Origin: a bacterium
Lineage (GTDB): Bacteria; Zhuqueibacterota; Zhuqueibacteria; Oceanimicrobiales; Oceanimicrobiaceae
Assembly: GCA_037446635.1 (NCBI GenBank)
Contig: JBBIIG010000001.1
Coordinates: 213,638 to 277,637 of the forward strand
DNA: 64,000 nucleotides
Direction: 5' to 3'
Shown: in pieces, positions 11,819-20,172 of the stretch
Numbering within the stretch: position 1 is the first letter of the stretch
How the letters are laid out: every line of letters starts with the position of its first letter
Position numbers and translations under genes: made by a program
The notes under the pieces: model-generated
Database searches by the model: none
What the model saw: only the letters and a program-made list of their open reading frames with translations
What the model was told of the DNA's origin: nothing

Positions 11819-12712
11819 ATGATGAAAACTTCAAAAACCACCCTTCCGCTGGCCGAACGCCCTGCTTACAAAGGCTTAGTCCAGCTTAGCGAGCACCTCA
11901 TAAAAGTGGTTCGCGAGAAAAAAGAGCACCTGAAAATGGCGCAGGAGCAGTTGTCGCAAACCGGCAAATTGGCTACTCTGGGCACGCTGGGCGCGGAAAT
12001 CGCCCACGAGCTCAACAACCTGCTGACCATCATCAGCGCGGAGGCGGATGAAATTCAAGATTCCGTAAATGACGGGCGGCTGGATTGGCAGCAGACCTCC
12101 AATTCCGCCAAAAATATCAAACATTATGCCCAACGCATGCGCTTGATTGTCGATCACATCCGCGAGTACACCTGGGACGACAGCCATTCCAATCGCATCC
12201 CGGTGGATATAAATGATGTCATCCGAGATTCCCTCATCTTGCTGAATTCTTCGCTAAAAAAAGACGGGATTGAGGTGAGAGCGGGGCTGACGGAAAATCT
12301 TCCCCATATTTGGGGCCATCGCAACAAATTGGAGTCGGTCTTTCAAAACTTGATCGCCAACGCGCGCGATGCCCTGCGGGCCTCTGGCAAAAAAGAAAAT
12401 AAAACCATCCAAATTCTGACTCAAAAAATAAACGAAGAACAAATTGCAGTTAAAATTTCCGACAACGGCTGCGGCATGACCGACGAAGTGCAACGTAAAG
12501 TCTTCCAACCGTTTTTTACCACAAAAGGCCGCGGTGAAGGTACCGGACTGGGTTTATCTATCGCTTACTCAATTATCAAAGAACATCAAGGTGACATTTT
12601 TCTGCAATCTGAAGTGGGCGCAGGAACGGAATTTATTGTCGTGCTTCCAGTGGAGAGAAGACACATCAATGAGGCTGAACGGAGTGAAAAAAAACATTTT
12701 GATCATCGATGA
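11819..12712 (+). CDS. Cytoplasmic histidine kinase (NtrB-like HisKA + HATPase)
   Basis: AHELNN H-box, NLIANARDA, DNGCG, PFFTTK, GTGLGL. Confidence 0.92.
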   Translation: MMKTSKTTLPLAERPAYKGLVQLSEHLIKVVREKKEHLKMAQEQLSQTGKLATLGTLGAEIAHELNNLLTIISAEADEIQDSVNDGRLDWQQTSNSAKNIKHYAQRMRLIVDHIREYTWDDSHSNRIPVDINDVIRDSLILLNSSLKKDGIEVRAGLTENLPHIWGHRNKLESVFQNLIANARDALRASGKKENKTIQILTQKINEEQIAVKISDNGCGMTDEVQRKVFQPFFTTKGRGEGTGLGLSIAYSIIKEHQGDIFLQSEVGAGTEFIVVLPVERRHINEAERSEKKHFDHR

Positions 12713-13094
12713 CGAACAAATCATCCGCGATATTTTGACCCGCCGGCTCGAGCGGCTGGGGTTTCAGGTGTTGACGGCGGGCGACGGCTCACAGGGAATC
12801 GAGATCATCAAAAACATCGGACTGGATTTGGTTATTTGCGATATCAAATTGCCCAACGGGGTATCGGGAATGGAGGTGCTGTGTGCGCTGAAGCAAAGCC
12901 AGCCGCTGACGCCTTTCGTGGCCACCTCCGGGCTCCATTCCACCAGCTCCACCGTGCAGGAAATCATTCAAAACGGCGCGGCGCTTTTTTTGAAAAAGCC
13001 CTTCTCGTCTCTAAACGAAGTGGCCGACCAAATTAGCCGCTTGCTCAACGTTCCCACGCCGTCAAATCGTCCACCGACCACCGCGGTCGCCTGA
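12669..13094 (+). CDS. Single-domain response regulator (receiver)
   Basis: ILIIDDE, ICDIKLP, ATSG, LKKPF; overlaps the kinase 3' end. Confidence 0.9.
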   Translation: MRLNGVKKNILIIDDEQIIRDILTRRLERLGFQVLTAGDGSQGIEIIKNIGLDLVICDIKLPNGVSGMEVLCALKQSQPLTPFVATSGLHSTSSTVQEIIQNGAALFLKKPFSSLNEVADQISRLLNVPTPSNRPPTTAVA

Positions 13095-14750
13095 AAAGCG
13101 GTTGGAAATCACCACAACCGTTCCAATCAGAATAAACAAAAATACGCTGTACGCTGCCGCCGAACCGAGATTGAAAATCCGCAGTTGCGAAATGATTTCC
13201 ACGGAAATCGGGCGGTTGGAATAATTATAAAGCAAAATGGAAGCGACGAACTCCCCCACTGCCAACACATACGCCAACAGCGCGCCCGAAACCACCCCCG
13301 GCGCAATCAACGGCAGCATCACTTTGCGGAAACTAAACCACCACGAAGCGCCCAAATTGCGCGCCGATTCCTCCAGCGACGGATCAAATTGTTCCAACGC
13401 GGCATACGTGGAACGGAACACCACCGGCAGGTTGCGGATGAAATAGGCCAGCGGCAAAATCCAGAACGTGCCCACTAAAATTTTTCCGGCCGACAAAAAA
13501 CTGGGCCGATTGAACGCAACAATCAACCCGATGGCCACCACCGTGCCGGGGATCGCCCACGGCAGCATGGTAAGCGCCTCCACCACCTTCTTTCCCCAAA
13601 ATCGTTTTCGAATCAGCAAATACGCCGCAACCACTCCGAAGGCCACATTTGCCGCCGTTGCCAGCGTCGCCATTTTCACGCTATTGGCCACTGGCTCCAC
13701 CACTCGCGGCTCGTTAAACAAACTGAGGTAGTTCTCAAACGTGTAGGCTGGAGGGAGAATCTCCCAGGTCCAGGCGCCGTTTTTTACAAAAGAAATCAAC
13801 ACCACTGTGAGGTGGGGGAGGATCAAAAACACCACCAGCCCGATGCCAGCGAAGCCCATTATCCAGCGCCGCCAGCCGCGGCGGACGGGCTTCGGCTGCA
13901 ACCGCACGCCCTTTCCCGAGGCAGTATAAAGTCTCCCTCCAGAGTACCAACGCAGCAGCACCAAAAATAGAATCGAAATGGCGGTGAGAATCACCGACTG
14001 GGTGATCGCCAGCCCCATTTCACCGTTCAATTTGCTGTTATAAATTTCCAGGCTCAAAATGCGGAAGCCGCCGGCGAAAATGAACGGCGCGCTAAACGAC
14101 GCCATCGACGTCATAAACACCAGCAGCGCCGCGCCGCCCAGCGCCGGCGTGAGCAGCGGCAGCGTAACTTTTCGCAAGATTAGCCAGCGACCGGCGCCCA
14201 AATTTTGCGCCGCCTCCAGCAGCGAAACATCCATTTCGCTAAAGGCCGTCGAGGTGAAAAGATAAAAATAAACATACATACTGTAAGTGTGCACCACTAA
14301 AATCGCCGCTACGCCTCTGAGGGCAAACGGCGGCGCATCCAGTCGAAATATCGCCTGCAAAAACCGCGGCAGGATGCCGCTTTCTCCAAACAGAAATAGA
14401 AACGCGAGCACGCCCACCAGCGGCGGCATCACCACCGGCAGCACCGCGATCGCCGAAAAAAGTTTGCGCCCCGGAAACGTGTAGTGGGTGAACACATACG
14501 CCAGCGCCACGCCCATCACTCCAGAAAATAGAACCGTCAAAATTGAAACATAGACACTGCCCCAGAGGGCCTGCAAACTGGCCGGGTGCTCGAGGTTAAA
14601 AAAATCGCGATAGTAGTTGGCGGTGATTCCCTCCTCCGTCGCAAAACTCTGAATCAAAATTTGCAAATTGGGATACAGGACATACGCCAGCAGAATGAAT
14701 AAAATCGGCAGAAGAAGAACCAGCAGCGGAAGATGTTTGCGAAGGATCAT
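13062..14750 (-). CDS. Fe3+/polyamine-type ABC transporter permease (FbpB-like, duplicated)
   Basis: Two EAA loops (LLEAAQNLGA, LEESARNLGA); about 12 TM helices. Confidence 0.92.
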   Translation of the reverse strand: MILRKHLPLLVLLLPILFILLAYVLYPNLQILIQSFATEEGITANYYRDFFNLEHPASLQALWGSVYVSILTVLFSGVMGVALAYVFTHYTFPGRKLFSAIAVLPVVMPPLVGVLAFLFLFGESGILPRFLQAIFRLDAPPFALRGVAAILVVHTYSMYVYFYLFTSTAFSEMDVSLLEAAQNLGAGRWLILRKVTLPLLTPALGGAALLVFMTSMASFSAPFIFAGGFRILSLEIYNSKLNGEMGLAITQSVILTAISILFLVLLRWYSGGRLYTASGKGVRLQPKPVRRGWRRWIMGFAGIGLVVFLILPHLTVVLISFVKNGAWTWEILPPAYTFENYLSLFNEPRVVEPVANSVKMATLATAANVAFGVVAAYLLIRKRFWGKKVVEALTMLPWAIPGTVVAIGLIVAFNRPSFLSAGKILVGTFWILPLAYFIRNLPVVFRSTYAALEQFDPSLEESARNLGASWWFSFRKVMLPLIAPGVVSGALLAYVLAVGEFVASILLYNYSNRPISVEIISQLRIFNLGSAAAYSVFLFILIGTVVVISNRFSGDRGGRWTI

Positions 14751-14759
14751 TGGGAGCGG

Positions 14760-15875
14760 TCAGTTTTCCAAAAGAATGACATCGGAGGGAGACACCCGCA
14801 GCATCACGCTCTCCCCTATTTTTTTGAGGGAACCCGACTCCGCCAATTGGCGAACCCGCAGTGGCTGTCCGCCGGCCTCAACCTGATAATCGACGAATGC
14901 CCCGGCAAAGCTGATGCGTTTGATGACGGCGGGGAAAGAATTGAAATCATTGTCCACAGCGTTTGCAAAGCGAATGCTCTCAGGCCGGATGCTAACCGCA
15001 ACAGATTGCCGGGGAACCGGCGGCGCGCCGTTCACCGCCAGCTTGATGGTCACCGTCTGCGCTGGCCGGCGCTGCGGCGTAATTTCGAGCTGAGCGCTGC
15101 CGGCTTGGGAGGTCACCACTTGGCCCTCTAAAATATTCGAATGTCCAACAAAATTGGCCACGAAGCGATCGGCCGGCCGCTGGTAAATTTCCGCGGGCGC
15201 GCCCACTTGATGGCACACCCCGTCCTTCATCACCGCGATGCGGTCGGAAAGGGCGAGGGCTTCTTCCTGATCGTGGGTCACATAAATCGTGGTGATGCCC
15301 AATCGCCGCTGCAGCGCCCGCAGCTCGTCGCGGGTTTCTTCCCGCAGCCGGGCGTCCAGATTGCTCAGTGGTTCATCCAGCAAAAGAATCACCGGCTCGA
15401 TCACAATGGCGCGGGCGATGGCCACCGACGGCAAGCGAAAGTGGGATAATGCCCAGAGCTGCTGGCCGCCGGAAAGCTCGGTTACTTTGCGCTGCTCGAA
15501 ATCGGCCAGCTCCACTAATTTCAGGGCGTCGCGTACCCGCTGTTTGATGTCTGGCTTCGCTACGCCGCGCGCTTCAAGTCCAAACGCGGCATTCTTGAAA
15601 ACCGTCATGTGCGGGAACAGGGCATAGTTTTGAAAGACCATGCCGGTGTTGCGGCGATGGGGCGGCAGAAAGGTCACATCGCGATCATCAAAAAAAATTT
15701 GCCCGGCGGTGGGAAACTCGAAGCCGGCAATCATGCGCAGGGTGGTGGTTTTGCCGCAGCCGCTGGGACCCAGCAGGCTGAAGAATTCCCCCTGCTGGAT
15801 TTCAAGATCGAGATTGCTGACGGCCGCGGTTGCGCCGAAAAACTTGCTGAGATTTTTAAGAATGACTTTTGACAT
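14760..15875 (-). CDS. ABC transporter ATP-binding protein (FbpC/PotA-like) with insertion at signature motif
   Basis: GPSGCGKTT, LSGGQQ, LLLDEP, VTHDQEEA, TOBE-like tail. Confidence 0.92.
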   Translation of the reverse strand: MSKVILKNLSKFFGATAAVSNLDLEIQQGEFFSLLGPSGCGKTTTLRMIAGFEFPTAGQIFFDDRDVTFLPPHRRNTGMVFQNYALFPHMTVFKNAAFGLEARGVAKPDIKQRVRDALKLVELADFEQRKVTELSGGQQLWALSHFRLPSVAIARAIVIEPVILLLDEPLSNLDARLREETRDELRALQRRLGITTIYVTHDQEEALALSDRIAVMKDGVCHQVGAPAEIYQRPADRFVANFVGHSNILEGQVVTSQAGSAQLEITPQRRPAQTVTIKLAVNGAPPVPRQSVAVSIRPESIRFANAVDNDFNSFPAVIKRISFAGAFVDYQVEAGGQPLRVRQLAESGSLKKIGESVMLRVSPSDVILLEN

Positions 15876-15878
15876 GTA

Positions 15879-15907
15879 TTGACATTCTTAGTCAAAATTA
15901 TTATTCT
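15879..15907 (+). promoter_or_regulatory. Sigma-70 promoter antisense to ABC operon
   Basis: TTGACA-17-TATTCT. Confidence 0.55.
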
Positions 15908-16107
15908 TGTGTCGTGAAAGAATTAACTTTCGAAACACTATTTAGGAATAGCCGCAGCCATATTAATTGCGCTGTTGGTCGGTGTCTTTTTTACAGAAAC
16001 AAAGTTGCAAGCCTTGAAAATAACCATGAGAATAGTAAGTTATGTTGCATTAATAGGTATTTCGCTATGGCTGCACACCTTAAGCAAGGACAAAGGCGAA
16101 TAATAGA

Positions 16108-16227
16108 ATGTTCAGTGACCCATTCTACGTGGCCTTTTTAATTTTGATCCTATCAGTTATGGGCGGGGTCGGTCTAGTTTTGTTGTATGAAAAGTTGAGC
16201 ACTAAGCAAAAAAAGAACAAAAGCTAG
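16108..16227 (+). CDS. 39-aa single-TM peptide with basic tail
   Basis: MFSDPFYVAFLILILSVMGGVGLVLLYEKLSTKQKKNKS (own translation). Confidence 0.45.
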   Translation: MFSDPFYVAFLILILSVMGGVGLVLLYEKLSTKQKKNKS

Positions 16228-16275
16228 AAACCCTCGGCCGGCTCCTTATACTCAATCTTCATAATCGATTATCGA

Positions 16276-17310
16276 TCATCCCTTTCCCTTAATCCGCTCA
16301 TCCCAATACTTCATCCACTCCTGCGATTTCTCCGAAAATATTTTCCAATCGATGGGCATGGGACGAATTTCAGTGGCGGTGATCCACGGGGGTAATTTTT
16401 CTTTTGGAGTGTCTTTTCGCGTGGGAATGCGAAAATATTTTTCCGCCTGAATCACAAAGCTCTCGGTTGTGGTGATGAATTCATAAAATCGTTTTGCCCA
16501 CTCCGGATGTTTGCAATTGGCGATGATAGCCAGTCCCTCCACCAGTACCGGCGTGCCGCTTTTGGGGATCACATAATCAAATGGATACTGGTAAACCTGT
16601 TTCTGCAGCTCGATATCCGGCATATTCCACAGCGTGATCAGCGCCTCCTGCCGCGCGACTTGCAAATACATCAGCGTGGGATTGGCGGGATAGGATTTGG
16701 TGTTGGCGTCTAATTTTCGCAGCCACTCGTAGCCGCGTTCCGGCGAACCGGTTTCCTGATAAAAGCGCCAGATCATGGCCGAAAAAATGGCGCGCATGGT
16801 GCCGGAGGCTAGCGGGTAGCGAATGACGATTTTACCTTTCCATTTCGGGTCCAGCAAATCATCCCAGTCCTGCGGCGCGGTCTCGCGGGTCAGCACCTGC
16901 GAGTTGAAGGTGATGACTTCCGGGGTAAGAAAAGTTCCGTACCAGCGGTGCAGCGAGTCCCGCTGCGAAAGCTCGATGTGTTCGGACCAACTGGGTTGGT
17001 ACGGCTGCAGCAGACCCTCTTCGGCGGCGATCATAAACATGTCGGAGGGCGCACCCCACCAGATGTCCGCTTGCGGGTTGCTTTTTTCGGAGCGCACGCG
17101 ATCGAGCACATCCTGCGAACCCATGTCCAACCACTGCACGCGCACACCGGGATGGGCCGCTTCAAAGCGGCGGGCGAAGTCATCCACTAACTCTTTGCCG
17201 TGCGGGGAATAGATGACGACGCGATCCTCTCTGACGCGATCGGTGGAGGCGCCGCAGCCAAACACAAAAAGGAAAAATATCAGGAAGTAAACGAGTGATG
17301 ATTTTTGCAT
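16276..17310 (-). CDS. ABC transporter substrate-binding lipoprotein (Fe3+-type)
   Basis: Lipobox VFGC; ADIWWG, WDDLLDPKWKG, SGT motifs. Confidence 0.9.
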   Translation of the reverse strand: MQKSSLVYFLIFFLFVFGCGASTDRVREDRVVIYSPHGKELVDDFARRFEAAHPGVRVQWLDMGSQDVLDRVRSEKSNPQADIWWGAPSDMFMIAAEEGLLQPYQPSWSEHIELSQRDSLHRWYGTFLTPEVITFNSQVLTRETAPQDWDDLLDPKWKGKIVIRYPLASGTMRAIFSAMIWRFYQETGSPERGYEWLRKLDANTKSYPANPTLMYLQVARQEALITLWNMPDIELQKQVYQYPFDYVIPKSGTPVLVEGLAIIANCKHPEWAKRFYEFITTTESFVIQAEKYFRIPTRKDTPKEKLPPWITATEIRPMPIDWKIFSEKSQEWMKYWDERIKGKG

Positions 17311-17361
17311 GGCGAAAAATAGCGAACGACGACAAAAAAGTCAAAGGCTATTTCCGCAAGC

Positions 17362-17392
17362 ACCTTGCGAAGGCTTGAAGCCTTCGCAAGGT
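17362..17392. repeat. REP-like palindrome ACCTTGCGAAGGCTT-g-AAGCCTTCGCAAGGT
   Basis: 15-bp perfect arms. Confidence 0.75.
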
Positions 17393-17402
17393 TGAAACGA
17401 GG

Positions 17403-19136
17403 TCACTGCTCCAAATTCTTCTCCCGCGCCACCGTCGCCACAAACGGCGCGGAGCGCGGCACTTTGGGCAAGCCGAGAATCTCGCGGGCGCGGTTGAGGG
17501 CGTCGTCGATGTTGCCAAAAACATTGTCTTCGTGAATTTTATCAAGCAGGCCGGCGCGCTGCATGGTCACCAGCGGCTGCGCATGGACGCCAGAGAGGAT
17601 CAATATGGTTCCTTCTTTTTTGGTTTTCTCGAACACGTCTTCCAGCGCGCGCAAGCCAGTGGCATCCAGCGCGAAGACATGGCGCATGCGCAGAATCAGA
17701 ATCTTCGGCGCCTTTTCCACGGTGCGCAAAGCATCCTTAAATTTGTCGGCAGCGCCAAAAAAAAAGGTGCCGTAAATTTCAAACACTTCCACCCCGGGCG
17801 GCACCTCGCGCCTGGCGATAGAATTAGGATCGTCGGTTTCTTCCTCGTCCTCTTGCAGCGATTTGGTGACGTAGCCCATCTGTGTAACATTGGCCATGCG
17901 CCGCATAAACAGCAGCGCCGCCAGCACCACGCCAGCTTGAATCGCAACCGTAAGATCCACCAGCACGGTGAGCAGAAACGTGATCATCAAAACGGCAAAA
18001 TCGCTTTTGGGGCTTTTGAAAATTTTGACAAACAAATGCCACTCGCTCATGTTATAAGCAACCACTAACAGAATCGCCGCCAGAGTTGGCATGGGGATGA
18101 GTACCGCCCATTTGCCGAAGAAAAGCATGATCAGCAAAAGGGTGACGGCGTGGACGATCCCGGCAACCGGCGTGCGGCCGCCGTTTTTAATGTTGGTGGC
18201 GGTGCGGGCGATGGCACCGGTCGCGGGAATGCCGCCAAAAACCGGCGAGGCGATGTTGGCGATGCCCTGCCCGATCAATTCCATATTTGAGCGGTGGCGG
18301 CTGCCGGTCATGCCGTCGGCCACCACAGCCGACAGCAGCGACTCAATGCCGGCCAACAGTGCGATGGTCAGCGCTGGTTGAAATAATTTTTGCACCAGCT
18401 CAAGAGTTATGCTCGGCAAACGCGGCGCCGGCAGCGTGTTGGGAACGCTGCCGAAGCGGCTGCCAATCGTATCAACAGAAAGGTTTAGGATGCTCACGGC
18501 CGCCGTGGTAACGAGAAGCGCAATCAACGAACCGGGTATGCGATGGGTTATCAGCGGCCAAAATCGGATAATCAACAACGCCATCAACCCGATACCCAGC
18601 GCTTGATAATTGAAGGTGGCGGCGTGCTCGACGTACGCCAGGCATTTTTCAATAAATTCAGCGGGGACGTTTGAAATTTGCAGCCCCAAAAAGTCGCGAA
18701 CCTGAGTTACGGCGATAATCAGCGCAATGCCGGCGGTGAAGCCGACGGTCACGGGATACGGGATGAACTTGATAATCGCGCCGAAACCCGCCAACCCCAT
18801 CATAACCAGCAGCACGCCGGCGATAAGCGTGGCGACGGCCAGCCCGTTGTAGCCGTGTTGCGCCACGATGCTGTAAACGATCACGATGAACGCGCCAGTG
18901 GGACCGCCAATCTGCACCCGGCTGCCGCTTAACACAGAAATCAAAACTCCAGCTACTACGGCTGTGTACAACCCTTGCTCCGGTTTGACACCGGAGGCAA
19001 TGGCAAAGGCAATCGCCAGCGGCAGCGCCACGATCCCCACAATCACTCCGGCGACGAGATCATGGGTGAGCTGTTGGCGTGAATACCCCTCCCGGAAAAT
19101 AGTTATCAACTTTGGCTCGAGCCTGGTGTGCGGCAT
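17403..19136 (-). CDS. SulP/SLC26 anion permease with STAS domain
   Basis: [36 protein letters not shown] (FFGAA, DATG). Confidence 0.94.
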   Translation of the reverse strand: MPHTRLEPKLITIFREGYSRQQLTHDLVAGVIVGIVALPLAIAFAIASGVKPEQGLYTAVVAGVLISVLSGSRVQIGGPTGAFIVIVYSIVAQHGYNGLAVATLIAGVLLVMMGLAGFGAIIKFIPYPVTVGFTAGIALIIAVTQVRDFLGLQISNVPAEFIEKCLAYVEHAATFNYQALGIGLMALLIIRFWPLITHRIPGSLIALLVTTAAVSILNLSVDTIGSRFGSVPNTLPAPRLPSITLELVQKLFQPALTIALLAGIESLLSAVVADGMTGSRHRSNMELIGQGIANIASPVFGGIPATGAIARTATNIKNGGRTPVAGIVHAVTLLLIMLFFGKWAVLIPMPTLAAILLVVAYNMSEWHLFVKIFKSPKSDFAVLMITFLLTVLVDLTVAIQAGVVLAALLFMRRMANVTQMGYVTKSLQEDEEETDDPNSIARREVPPGVEVFEIYGTFFFGAADKFKDALRTVEKAPKILILRMRHVFALDATGLRALEDVFEKTKKEGTILILSGVHAQPLVTMQRAGLLDKIHEDNVFGNIDDALNRAREILGLPKVPRSAPFVATVAREKNLEQ

Positions 19137-19288
19137 AAAACCTGATTTCCTGTTACTAAAAATAAATGGCCAAAATACAAAATCAGGATACTTTAACAAA
19201 ACTAAAATTTGGTTAAAGCGGGAAAATTTTAGCGGTTAAGTTGAGTTAAAGGGATTGAGAACCTAACATAATCTTTCCTCCTCCCTCC

Positions 19289-19328
19289 AAGAACCGTCCG
19301 CGCTGAGTCGTGGGCGGTTCTTTTTTTT
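19289..19328 (+). terminator. Rho-independent terminator with no upstream + strand CDS
   Basis: GAACCGTCC...GGGCGGTTC followed by T8. Confidence 0.7.
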
Positions 19329-19359
19329 GGTAAGCTGGAAGTTTACCAAGTTAATAGCA

Positions 19360-19659
19360 TCACGCCCAATCTGGCCAATCAATCGTTCGCCAGAATCGAT
19401 AGGCAAGCTCCCAGGCAATCGCCCCAATTATGATTCCAAACCCGATGATCACATAATGGATGAGAACGAATCGCGCCTGTGCAAAATGGTATCCAAACAG
19501 CGCGCTGAAAATAACCACGCTGCCAAAACAGGCGTATTTCGCCAGATGCCAGAGCTTGTTCAAATCGCGGTTGCCTTTGGAAAAAGCGATGCCGTCCATC
19601 AGCGAGTTGCATAAAAATCCAAAAACGATCAACAGGCCGATAACAATTGCCGAGCCCAT
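19360..19659 (-). CDS. Small hypothetical membrane protein (about 3 TM)
   Basis: Strong AAGGAGG RBS; hydrophobic segments. Confidence 0.7.
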   Translation of the reverse strand: MGSAIVIGLLIVFGFLCNSLMDGIAFSKGNRDLNKLWHLAKYACFGSVVIFSALFGYHFAQARFVLIHYVIIGFGIIIGAIAWELAYRFWRTIDWPDWA

Positions 19660-19835
19660 ACTTTGCCTCCTTTCTTAAATAATTTTTCAGCTACAATTAA
19701 ACGTCGTGCTGGATGTTCAAAAAAGTGATATTGAAAATTTGCTATTTTTTCAAGCCGCAACCTCGAGATTTTGATTGTTGACATTCCAAAATAATCTCTA
19801 TACATTGTTTTGGTTATTCTGCTTGGGAGAATTGT

Positions 19836-20165
19836 ATGAGCAAAATTTTCTTATTGGTCATCCTTCTAATGGCAGCATCTTGCGCCGTCATGAAAAAAAA
19901 CGAAAATGAAAGCCGGCCCAAGACCACCGTGAAAGTGGAAAACCGTAATTGGCTCGATATGGACATTTATGTTCTCCACAGCTCGCAGCGAATACGGCTC
20001 GGCACGGTCACCGGTCTAAGCGAAAAAACTCTCATCATTCCAAATCACGTGCTGGGCGCGCCAACCCTGCGATTTGTTGCAGACCCCATCGGCGCACGCG
20101 GCCAGTCGGTCACTCACGACATCGCGGTTCTACCCGGCGATCAAATCATCCTCTACATTCCTTAA
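19836..20165 (+). CDS. Small hypothetical lipoprotein
   Basis: Lipobox AASC; GGAG RBS; TTGACA-17-TACATT promoter at 19778-19806. Confidence 0.78.
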   Translation: MSKIFLLVILLMAASCAVMKKNENESRPKTTVKVENRNWLDMDIYVLHSSQRIRLGTVTGLSEKTLIIPNHVLGAPTLRFVADPIGARGQSVTHDIAVLPGDQIILYIP

Positions 20166-20172
20166 CTCTTTT

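Noticed and set aside
15869..16141. 90-aa ORF from the track
   Set aside because: The sequence is implausible as a protein; the hydrophobic peptides in other frames explain the region better.
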